IMG/VR virus record: IMGVR_UViG_3300035156_000182
Location: 1-49,484 of that record
Length of the DNA: 49,484 bases
Reading direction: 5' to 3' (one strand)
From: a virus
The translations under genes and the position numbers were made by a program. Below, one piece after another: positions 14,343 through 21,742 of the stretch. The notes below the pieces were generated by a model. It was not told where the DNA came from and searched no databases. It saw only the letters and a program-made list of their open reading frames with translations. Each line of letters begins with the position of its first letter. The first letter of the stretch is position 1.

Positions 14343-16127
14343 TCAATACAGGGTTGCGGTGCGCGCCCCGGTGTCATGCCATGTAATAGAGCGCGCGCCC
14401 GCATCGTAAAGCGTTGCGAACTTCGCGCCTTGGTCGACCAGCTCGACCGTGTTCGTGTCGGGGGCGCGCAACAGCGGCAGGGTGGGGAAGTCGGCGGCCT
14501 CCAGGATGATCGCCGTCGCGCGCACGCGGGCCAGCGCCGAGCTGGTCGCCACGTCGTCGCCCTCGGCGATCGTCGCATCGGCGAACACGCGCGGGGCGGC
14601 GGTCGATGCCATCGCATCGGCGGCCTCGGCGATCGCGCCCGTCGCGATGATCCGAACCGCGCCCGAGCTGGTCGAGCTGTCGCCGGCCTCGGCTTGCGAC
14701 AGGAAGCCGAACACGAACGCGCGGCCATCGCTCGCCGTGGTGTCGGGGGCCTCGACCAGCGGTGCGGTGCCCGTCACCCCGCCAGTGCTGGCCGATGCGA
14801 TCGCGTCGGGGGCTTCGGTCAGGGCCGCCGCGCCGGTAATGCGCAGGGCGGCGGTCGACGTCGCCGCGTCGTCGGCTTCGGCCAGGGCGGCGGCAGCGGT
14901 CGCGCGTGCGATCGCCGTGGCGGTCAGGCTGTCGGGTGCTTCGGCGGTGCTCGCGCTCGCGACGACCCGCACGCTGCCGCTCGACGTGGTCGTGTCGGCG
15001 GCCTCGACCGTGGCGGCATTGCCCGCGACGCGCAGGGTGCCTGTCGCGGTCGGGGTGTCGGCCCCTTCGAACAGGTTCGCCACCGCCCCGGCGGCCGGCG
15101 CGCTGCCCTGCGATGCCATGGTGTCGGGCAGCTCGGCCGCGACCGACGCGGCGGTGATACGCGCAACGGCGGTCGAGCTGGCGACGTCGGCCGCTTCGGT
15201 GACGGTGGCGGTGCCCTTGGCGATCGCCTTGACGGTCGCGGTGGTCGTGTCGGCACCCTCGACGACCGCGCCCGCGCCCACCACCTTGCCAGCACCAGCC
15301 GACGCCATCGTGTCGGCAGCTTCCGCGACGGTCGACAGGGCGGTCATGCGCGCCGCCCCTGTCGAGGCGATCGCATCCGCACCCTCGACTAGCGCCGCGT
15401 TCGCCGTGCGCCCGGTAGGCGTCGCGGCATCCATCGTCGAATAGCCGGTCGGCGGCGGGTATGCGTGCCCTGCCGCGCCGTGGTTGATCGTGATTGGACC
15501 GCCACCAATCGACAGGTAGGCGGCGAACGCGAAGGAAGGCGTCGGCCCGGTTCGGGGCAGAGTCCAACCGCCAGTGACGGTGAGAGGATTGCCGTACCAC
15601 GGCCCGGCATTGACAGCGACGAAGCACATGCCGGTGGCGACGTCGATCGCCAGCCGGATGATGTCGTTCGCGGCCCAAGTGGGGCCGAACGTGTCGTAGC
15701 CGCTGGAGTCGTCGCCTAGCGCGCCGTTCGGATATGAACCGAACCCGTTGTTCGATTGGCCGAGGTAACCGGGGTTCAGCGGCGACTCTAGCTGGTTGAC
15801 CACGCCGACCGCGATTTGCGTGCCGCCCCCCGTGCTCACCCGCATTTCGGCGTACCACTTGCCCGTGGATTTGAACGGCGAAACGGCGACCGCGTAGCTG
15901 CCGCCGGTGCCGACGAACGTCAGCGTGCGGTTCTGATTTGACAGCGCGAACGGCGGTTGCGCGGTCAGCGCCGGGTCGAACCCGACCGGCGTCGAAACCG
16001 CACCGGAAACGACCCCGGTCGATGCTACGCCGTCGGGGCCTTCGACAAGGTTCGCGATGTTGGTCGCTGCCGTGCCGAGCGGGTTGCCGGCGACGGGTCC
16101 GAATGCGACCGGACCCCGGCCGGGCAT
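14343..16127 (-). CDS. SPRY-domain protein with about 15 tandem 21-aa xE[AG]xD repeats (fibre-like structural protein candidate)
   Basis: 594 aa. The SPRY pattern spans aa ~55-225 (STGKWYAEMRV..IAVGVV..NDIIRLAIDVATGMCFVAVNAGPW). Periodic repeats then run from aa ~244-560, with one more copy (LVEGPDGVASTG) before the SPRY domain. Confidence 0.7.
   Translation of the reverse strand: MPGRGPVAFGPVAGNPLGTAATNIANLVEGPDGVASTGVVSGAVSTPVGFDPALTAQPPFALSNQNRTLTFVGTGGSYAVAVSPFKSTGKWYAEMRVSTGGGTQIAVGVVNQLESPLNPGYLGQSNNGFGSYPNGALGDDSSGYDTFGPTWAANDIIRLAIDVATGMCFVAVNAGPWYGNPLTVTGGWTLPRTGPTPSFAFAAYLSIGGGPITINHGAAGHAYPPPTGYSTMDAATPTGRTANAALVEGADAIASTGAARMTALSTVAEAADTMASAGAGKVVGAGAVVEGADTTTATVKAIAKGTATVTEAADVASSTAVARITAASVAAELPDTMASQGSAPAAGAVANLFEGADTPTATGTLRVAGNAATVEAADTTTSSGSVRVVASASTAEAPDSLTATAIARATAAAALAEADDAATSTAALRITGAAALTEAPDAIASASTGGVTGTAPLVEAPDTTASDGRAFVFGFLSQAEAGDSSTSSGAVRIIATGAIAEAADAMASTAAPRVFADATIAEGDDVATSSALARVRATAIILEAADFPTLPLLRAPDTNTVELVDQGAKFATLYDAGARSITWHDTGARTATLY
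14448..15398 (-). repeat. Degenerate 63-bp (21-codon) tandem repeat array inside the SPRY-protein gene
   Basis: Protein units: VEGADAIASTGAARMTALST / AEAADTMASAGAGKVVGAGAV / VEGADTTTATVKAIAKGTAT / TEAADVASSTAVARITAASV / ... / AEGDDVATSSALARVRATAII. The Glu-x-x-Asp register recurs every 21 aa. Confidence 0.7.
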
Positions 16128-16130
16128 GGT

Positions 16131-16877
16131 CTAGCGGACCCGCTGAACGGCGAACGCCGCCGAGTTGATCGGCCCGAAGCTGCCGCCGTTGTCGTAATAA
16201 ACGAACGCGCGAAGCTGCTGCCCGGCGGTCAGCGGCATAAGGCGGCTGTTATACGACCCGCTGCGGTTCGGTGCGGTGACTGACCACTGAAAGCCGGGCG
16301 AATCGGCGTTGACGATGTCGATACCCAGCCCGTGACTGATTCCCGCCCCCGGCCCGCCGCCCTGTGGATCGGCGACGCGAACCTTAAGCTGGCAGTCATA
16401 GAGGCCGGTCTGCTGCACCGTATATTCGTTGCGGTTGACCTTGTTCCATCCGCCGTGCGTGTCGGTAGTTGCGGGCCAAGCATTGCCGCCGTTGTTGTTG
16501 TCCCAAGCGACAGTCAGGAAGGCGTTGTTGGTGTTGTAGAACGGGTTGGCGTCGGGGTTGTTGCGCTCGACCACGAGCACCGGCCAATCCGCTACATGCG
16601 CCTTCGCGAGATAGGCGACCGACACCGTGGCCGACGTCGTGACGTTCAACAGCGCGCCGGTCGAGCTGGCGGCCAGCCCCCGGCTAAGGGTGCCCCCGGC
16701 GGTGTAGTTGCCGGTGCCCGTTTCCCATGCGTTGCCGTCGATGATGAGATATTCGACCGCCGTCACGCCGGTTGTCCACACGCTGTTGAACGTGCGGTAA
16801 CCCGGCAGGGCCGCGCCGAGCGTCAGCGCTCCGGTGCCGCCCCCGGCGACGGCCTGCATGACGCGGTCAGCGATCAT
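16131..16877 (-). CDS. Tail-fibre-like protein (possible C1q/TNF-like jelly-roll tip)
   Basis: 248 aa from ATG 16877 (MIADRVMQAVAGGGTGALTLG..) with an ATGA overlap onto the upstream gene. The C-terminus YTVQQTGLYDCQLKVRV...RLMPLTAGQQLRAFVYYDNG is reminiscent of C1q-type receptor-binding tips. This is a weak, by-eye call. Confidence 0.5.
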   Translation of the reverse strand: MIADRVMQAVAGGGTGALTLGAALPGYRTFNSVWTTGVTAVEYLIIDGNAWETGTGNYTAGGTLSRGLAASSTGALLNVTTSATVSVAYLAKAHVADWPVLVVERNNPDANPFYNTNNAFLTVAWDNNNGGNAWPATTDTHGGWNKVNRNEYTVQQTGLYDCQLKVRVADPQGGGPGAGISHGLGIDIVNADSPGFQWSVTAPNRSGSYNSRLMPLTAGQQLRAFVYYDNGGSFGPINSAAFAVQRVR

Positions 16878-17158
16878 TCGTCGATGCCTTGTGAAAGGTC
16901 GGTCAGCCGATTCCACTGGTCAATGGAGGGCCGCCAGCCGTCGAGGTTCAGCCGCATTTCAAACAGCGACAGGGCGGCGGCATCGGGGGCCGACAGGGTG
17001 AATTCCCGCGCCTCGGCGATCATACGCACGGCCTCGGCCCGGTTCAGCGGTTCGGACAGGTCGACCCCGTTGGCCGCGCCGCGCAGCGCATCCATGTCGG
17101 CCGGACGCGGCGCACCCGGCGGGCGCGGGCGCATCGGCTTTCGGGGGGCGATCGCCAC
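16874..17158 (-). CDS. Hypothetical protein
   Basis: 94-aa ORF with a GTG start at 17158, 4 nt after the upstream stop. Coupled to the fibre-like gene. Confidence 0.5.
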   Translation of the reverse strand: MAIAPRKPMRPRPPGAPRPADMDALRGAANGVDLSEPLNRAEAVRMIAEAREFTLSAPDAAALSLFEMRLNLDGWRPSIDQWNRLTDLSQGIDE

Positions 17159-17162
17159 GGGC

Positions 17163-17570
17163 TTACGCGTTCGCAGCGGTGATGCTGAACGTCGAAATGA
17201 GAATGTTCTGACCTGCCGCCGCGTTGGTGTTGTCGAGCGTCATGTCACCGCCGCCGCCGGTGGCCGTGACGGTGCCCTGCATATGACAGGTCGTGCCGTC
17301 GCTGGCGTAGATGCGGAAATGGCCGACGACGCCGGCCGCGTCCGCGCTGGTGTCCTCCCAGGTTCCCGACTTCGCCTTCGATCCGGCGGCAGCGGCGGCC
17401 ATCCAATCGGCGGGCAGCGCGATGGTCGCGACCACGGTTCCGGTGTCGGCCGCTGCGCAGCTCGCCGGGGCCGCGCCGGTGCGGAGCTTCAGAACCGCCG
17501 ACACGCCGATCGCGACTTCGATGGCATCTAGGCGAGCGTTACGAACGGCGACGGATTGCTGAAGTGCCAT
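17163..17570 (-). CDS. Hypothetical protein (first gene of the fibre-like module)
   Basis: 135 aa with ATG 17570 and an AGGGA RBS. Preceded by a 126-bp non-coding gap. Confidence 0.55.
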   Translation of the reverse strand: MALQQSVAVRNARLDAIEVAIGVSAVLKLRTGAAPASCAAADTGTVVATIALPADWMAAAAAGSKAKSGTWEDTSADAAGVVGHFRIYASDGTTCHMQGTVTATGGGGDMTLDNTNAAAGQNILISTFSITAANA

Positions 17571-17696
17571 TGTCGGGGGTTCCCTGTTTCGTGCTGACCG
17601 CCGACCAATAGCGAAAGCGGCGCGCGCAATCCATCGCGTTGACGATCGCGGGGCCGGCCGTGCTAAAGGGCGGCGGGGGCGACGGCTGGAGTTGGC

Positions 17697-17945
17697 ATGA
17701 CAGAACGCACGGAAACGCTCGACGACGCGGTCGCGGCAGCGCGCAGTCGCTGGCGGTTTATCGCGATCGGCTTGGCCTTGGTCGGCGCGACGAATATCGC
17801 GAACACGTTCCTACACGTTCGCGAGCGCGACGGCGCGGCGGTCGAGCCGGTCATTTGCATTGCTGCGATAAACGACCCAGCTCTAGCGAAATATGCGGTC
17901 GAAAAGCGTGGTGACCGCCAGGGCGGCGGTTTCAAGCGACCATAG
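17697..17945 (+). CDS. Possible small membrane protein (uncertain)
   Basis: 82 aa with GGAG 6 nt before the ATG and one TM (WRFIAIGLALVGATNIANTFL). Its 3' end overlaps the Mu F-like gene by 63 nt on the opposite strand, so it is uncertain. Confidence 0.3.
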   Translation: MTERTETLDDAVAAARSRWRFIAIGLALVGATNIANTFLHVRERDGAAVEPVICIAAINDPALAKYAVEKRGDRQGGGFKRP

Positions 17946-18866
17946 CTGTTGACCCTCGGCGCGCTCGGCCGCGACGTCGAGCATCGGCAGGCCGGGCATC
18001 CGGTCGGGGCGGTCGTTTTCCACCCGCGCAATCTCGGCGAGCTGTTGCATGACCCCGCCGCCCGGCGCGGCGAACACGGGGCGGCCGAGCCGCGCTTCAC
18101 GCTCGGCAAGGTCGGCGTCATCGGTCACGCCGGTGCGGTATTTCGCGAGCTGCGACCGGGTCATCGGCACAATCGAACAGCGGCAGCGGAACCCGAGCGG
18201 CACCCACCAGCGAGTCCAAAACGGATGGTCGACCGGCAAAATGATGCCATCCCATGCCCGGTGGTCGGAAAGCGGCGACTTCGGCGGTTTGCGCACGCGG
18301 GTGTCGCGGGCGGTGATTGCGCGCAGGTACGGCAGCGCGGCCTTGCCCTTCTGAATCCGATCCCACTGGCCCGCGCCGCGCGCCACGCGCAGGTTCGTGT
18401 CATAGATCAGCGCCACCCGGCGCGCGATTTGCCCGTCGTCGCCGTTCAGCCATCCTTTCGCCTTCAGCGTCGGAACGATCAGCTTGGCGAAATCGGCTTC
18501 GGTGCCGCGCCGGTTCAGGTTGTCGACGTAGGCGAAATATATGTCGTCGATGATGTCGAGGCCGGCGGTTCCGGCGGCCGTGAACGCGCGCCCGTATTCG
18601 TCGCGGCCTAGATCATCCCACCGGGCAATGGCGACAGGGTCGCGCGCCTCGACGTAGCGCACAAGGTCGCTGGCATCGACGTTCAGCGACAGGGGGCGGA
18701 ACTGGCCGGTGCCCGCCTGCGCGTCGAATGAGTGAACGGGGCAGGTCATGGCCGCTTCATATATCGAATTCGTCGACGAACGCGGGGAAATAATCGGCGC
18801 GCCGCCAAGGCGAAGCGGGGCGGCGATGCCAGCGGCCCCGCCACCCCCATGGGTGTTCGACGCCAT
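17883..18866 (-). CDS. Head morphogenesis protein, Mu F / SPP1 gp7 family
   Basis: 327 aa. Motif run: PYLRAITARDTRVRKPPKSPLSDHRAWDGIILPVDHPFWTRWWVPLGFRCRCSIVPM (the D.R.R..H...G....FW....P....CRC signature). Confidence 0.75.
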   Translation of the reverse strand: MASNTHGGGGAAGIAAPLRLGGAPIISPRSSTNSIYEAAMTCPVHSFDAQAGTGQFRPLSLNVDASDLVRYVEARDPVAIARWDDLGRDEYGRAFTAAGTAGLDIIDDIYFAYVDNLNRRGTEADFAKLIVPTLKAKGWLNGDDGQIARRVALIYDTNLRVARGAGQWDRIQKGKAALPYLRAITARDTRVRKPPKSPLSDHRAWDGIILPVDHPFWTRWWVPLGFRCRCSIVPMTRSQLAKYRTGVTDDADLAEREARLGRPVFAAPGGGVMQQLAEIARVENDRPDRMPGLPMLDVAAERAEGQQLWSLETAALAVTTLFDRIFR

Positions 18867-18925
18867 CCCGGCTATCCCAACCCTTTGCGCGGCGGTCGAC
18901 GATCATGGCGGCCAGATACGCGAAC

Positions 18926-19060
18926 GGCCCCACCGTTGCCAGTGGGGCCGCGCCCCGACTGCCGGGGGGTGGCGGTCAACGTTGGTCGGTCCACCAACTA
19001 TGCCACCCGTGACAGGTCATCCCAACCGCTGCCCCTGTCCTACCACGCCCGAGGGCGTGG
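18926..19060. other. Cluster of three GC-rich stem-loops in a 254-bp non-coding gap
   Basis: Stem-loop A: GGCCCCAC-cgttgcca-GTGGGGCC (18926-18949). Stem-loop B: nested GGGTGGC..GTTGG..CCAAC..GCCACCC (18967-19008). Stem-loop C: CCACGCC-cgag-GGCGTGG (19043-19060). They lie between the lipoprotein gene and the Mu F-like gene. Confidence 0.35.
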
Positions 19061-19120
19061 CATGAGGCGGGCGACCTGAATTCGAATTCGTTATGCGCGA
19101 ACGCGTCCGGCGTCAAGCGA

Positions 19121-19327
19121 TCAGCGGGGCGGGCACCCGTCGTCGGGCAGCGTCGGGTTCGTGTCGCGCGGCGGGCTTCCGATCGGCTCGGCGGGGCAAC
19201 CGTCGGGCGAAGGAGTCGCGCTCGGCGCGGGGGTGTTGCCACCGATATGGTCGACGCGATCGCCGCACGCCGACAGGAACAGGAACGGGGCGAACATAAG
19301 CGCGAGGGTGGTCAGAACGGTTTTCAT
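19121..19327 (-). CDS. Small lipoprotein (moron-like)
   Basis: 68 aa with a GGGAGC RBS. Signal peptide plus lipobox: MKTVLTTLALMFAPFLFLSAC. The mature part is Pro-rich with 2 further Cys. It is flanked by locally AT-richer sequence. Confidence 0.65.
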   Translation of the reverse strand: MKTVLTTLALMFAPFLFLSACGDRVDHIGGNTPAPSATPSPDGCPAEPIGSPPRDTNPTLPDDGCPPR

Positions 19328-19362
19328 TTTCGGTGCTCCCTTTTATTCGGTGGCAGCGAATA

Positions 19363-19581
19363 TCAGAACGGCGACCGCTTCGCGACCTTTTTCGCACGAC
19401 GGTGCCGGCGGCGATCCCGCTGCCGTGCATCCGCCGCGCTGCCCCGCGCGCAGCGCTCCAGGTCGTCGAGGTCGGGCGACAGCGGGTCGAGCACTTCGGC
19501 TTCGATCGCCGCGAGGATGCCAGCGGTGCCGCCCTGAATTCGCGTCGTCACTGGCAAGCTCGCGTTACGCCGTCGCAACAT
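19363..19581 (-). CDS. Hypothetical basic protein (uncertain)
   Basis: 72-aa ORF 16 nt downstream of the portal stop, with a weak RBS. Confidence 0.35.
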   Translation of the reverse strand: MLRRRNASLPVTTRIQGGTAGILAAIEAEVLDPLSPDLDDLERCARGSAADARQRDRRRHRRAKKVAKRSPF

Positions 19582-19597
19582 ATCAGGCCGTTACCTG

Positions 19598-21742
19598 TCA
19601 TTCGATCCCGGCAGCAGTCGTCGCACGCTCGGCCGCCAGTGGCAACGCCAGCGCGCGCCCCAGGTCAGCGGTCGGGAACTGTTCGAACGCCTGAAGCATC
19701 GCGACGCGGAATTCGGCCGGGGTCAACGGGCGGCCTGCCGCTTCGAATTCGGCCACCTTGTCGACCATCGCAGCACCCATCGCCGCGAACAGCGGGTCGG
19801 TGTTGTTCACCAGCTCGGCGGTCAGGGCGTCGATGCGGTCGAGCTGGTCAGCGCTGAAGGTCGGCGCAACCATGCCGTGAAGCGGGTCGGTTTTCAGCGC
19901 TTCCCATATTTCGGGGCCGAACTTCAGGGCGTCGATGAACGGGTCGACGTTGGCGAAGTCGACCGTTTGCGGCCCCTTGGCGAAGGTGACGTGCGCCCGG
20001 TATTCCGACCAATCGTGCGACGCACCGGCCTCGACCAGCCCTTCGTGACGCCAATCGAATGACCGATGCTTGAACATAAGCACCGTCGAATCGCTGCCGA
20101 ACGTCTCGACGACACGGGGGCCGCCGGCCTCGACGGTAACGGTGCCATCCTCGTTTGACCCCCATTCGCTCGGCATATCGAACCAATCGACGGCGTTGCG
20201 GCTATGGCAAAGCGTGACGTGCAAGTCGGCCGCGTCGACCAGCCCGGTGAACCCCTGACTGCGCGCCCATTTCAACAGCTCGCCGCCGTTCAGCAGTTTG
20301 CGCGAGATATACAGGGGGCGCGGGTCGCCGGCCGCGAACACGGCGACACGCTGGTCGGCCGGATTGTCGTTCGCGGCAGCGCCACGGGCACCCCCCATTC
20401 GGGGGGCAAGGGCCGGCGGGGGCGGCGGTGGCGGGGCCTTTTCGTAGCCGTCGCCATAGGTTTCGCGAAAGCTGTCGTCGGTGCGGTTCCAGCCGAGTGC
20501 CTTCAGCTTCGTGTCGCGCTCGGCCGTGGTGTTCGTGTCTTCGGCTTCGTCGAACTGGCGGTACACCAGGGGCGCGGCGACGTCGGGGCCATGGTTCCAC
20601 ATGGTCAACCACACCGGGGCGGTGCGGTTGAACGACTCGTGAAATTCGTCGCTGTCGGCCGTGACGATCGTCGCCGCCACGCCTTCGTGCACCGACGCTT
20701 GGTTGCCGTTCAGCCCGTCCGCTGCCGCGCGCGACGTGCCGGGCTGGCCGATGATGACCCCGCGCAGCGCATCGTTCATTTCGCCGATGAATTCGGGGTA
20801 ACCGTCCGCGCCGCCGGTGCGGGTCGCTTCGATGAAGTGCGGGCGAAGGTCGGGGCCGCCGCCGGTGACGTCGGTCGGGGGCGACGGCAGGGCGACCGCG
20901 CTGTCACGGCCGAGCGCTTGCGCGGCCTCCAGCGTTTCGGCGATGACCTTGGCGTCGCTGCCCGGCGGGAAGTAGGCGACCGCCGTCGGCTGGCCGTATT
21001 TCTCCAGGTACAGCGCCCAAAACTGCATGACGTTGCGCTTGAACCAAATCGGCCAGTAGCACCAATGCGCGAGGCCGGTGCCGTAGTGCTGGAAATCGTG
21101 CGTGCCGCCGCTGCGGTACGTCCAAAAACGGTTGGTCGGCACCGGCACGCCGTCGGAGTCTTGCGGGGCTTTCATCCGCAATTCGCCTTCGTTGGTGAAG
21201 GCGAACCAATTGCGGTCGGGCACCACGACGTCGCGCAACCACACGATCGTGCGGCCATTGTGCTGGCGCATTTCGAACAGGAATTCGCCGATGGCGTAGC
21301 CGTACCACCGGCCATAGAACATTAGCTTGGTGACGCGATCCCACCCGACCGCCTTCATCATGTCGCGCAGGTCGTCTGCCGCCTGAACCGACCGGGGGTC
21401 GTCGGGGTTGCCCGGCTCGACAATCCATGGGGCCTTGGTCAGCGCAAGTTGCCGCTGCGAAAACGCCGTTTCGGCGACATCGTCGTCGAGTAGGGCATTG
21501 AACAGCTTCAGGTCGCGTTGACCCTCGCGCTGGAGCGTCGAGTCTTCGTTGACGGCGAGCTGCGAAAGCCATGCCGCGCCGAGGGCGAACCCGTCATAGG
21601 CGCGGGTGAACATGCCCCCGCTGGTGTCGGGCGCGGTGCCGTCGGTGGGCGACGCCTGCCGAAGCGGGTCGGCTCGCTGCTGGCGCGCGAGGCTTTCGCG
21701 AAGGCCGCGACCAAGGCGATAATCGGTGGGCGAAAGTGCCAT
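19598..21742 (-). CDS. Portal protein (DUF935 / Mu gp29-like) with an embedded 2H-phosphoesterase-like domain
   Basis: 714 aa, directly after TerL (TAGATG junction). DUF935-like core: WYGYAIGEF..FWTYRSGG..YGTGLAHWCYWPIWFKRNVMQFWALYLEKYGQPTAVAYF. After a poly-Pro linker, aa ~470-620 carry two H-x-T-x motifs (LHVTLCHS at 508, AHVTFAKG at 584). Confidence 0.8.
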   Translation of the reverse strand: MALSPTDYRLGRGLRESLARQQRADPLRQASPTDGTAPDTSGGMFTRAYDGFALGAAWLSQLAVNEDSTLQREGQRDLKLFNALLDDDVAETAFSQRQLALTKAPWIVEPGNPDDPRSVQAADDLRDMMKAVGWDRVTKLMFYGRWYGYAIGEFLFEMRQHNGRTIVWLRDVVVPDRNWFAFTNEGELRMKAPQDSDGVPVPTNRFWTYRSGGTHDFQHYGTGLAHWCYWPIWFKRNVMQFWALYLEKYGQPTAVAYFPPGSDAKVIAETLEAAQALGRDSAVALPSPPTDVTGGGPDLRPHFIEATRTGGADGYPEFIGEMNDALRGVIIGQPGTSRAAADGLNGNQASVHEGVAATIVTADSDEFHESFNRTAPVWLTMWNHGPDVAAPLVYRQFDEAEDTNTTAERDTKLKALGWNRTDDSFRETYGDGYEKAPPPPPPPALAPRMGGARGAAANDNPADQRVAVFAAGDPRPLYISRKLLNGGELLKWARSQGFTGLVDAADLHVTLCHSRNAVDWFDMPSEWGSNEDGTVTVEAGGPRVVETFGSDSTVLMFKHRSFDWRHEGLVEAGASHDWSEYRAHVTFAKGPQTVDFANVDPFIDALKFGPEIWEALKTDPLHGMVAPTFSADQLDRIDALTAELVNNTDPLFAAMGAAMVDKVAEFEAAGRPLTPAEFRVAMLQAFEQFPTADLGRALALPLAAERATTAAGIE

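Noticed and set aside
12595-15858. Very long alternative ORFs: 12595..14034 (+, 479 aa), 14374..15858 (-, 494 aa), 14376..15392 (+) and 14449..15444 (+).
   Set aside because: They are Arg/Gly/Pro-rich junk composition. They overlap frames that carry clear domain signatures: the signal peptide and NEVWN hydrolase, and the SPRY domain plus periodic repeats. The repeat DNA keeps several frames open by chance.
14343-16916. Diversity-generating retroelement targeting the fibre-like or C1q-like genes.
   Set aside because: No reverse transcriptase ORF (no YxDD motif protein) exists anywhere in the complete genome. I saw no template/variable repeat pair downstream of the fibre genes.
18967-19008. 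tRNA-like look of the sequence (GCATAGTTGGT on the minus strand resembles a D-loop; a nearby TTCGAAT resembles a T-loop).
   Set aside because: The 7-bp outer stem encloses only 28 nt with one inner hairpin, so the element is 42 nt in total. No cloverleaf, anticodon arm or proper T-arm can be drawn, and the TTCGAAT is part of a GAATTCGAATTC palindrome without flanking stem. I treat it as a plain stem-loop. I found no tRNA elsewhere by eye, though I could not run a scan.
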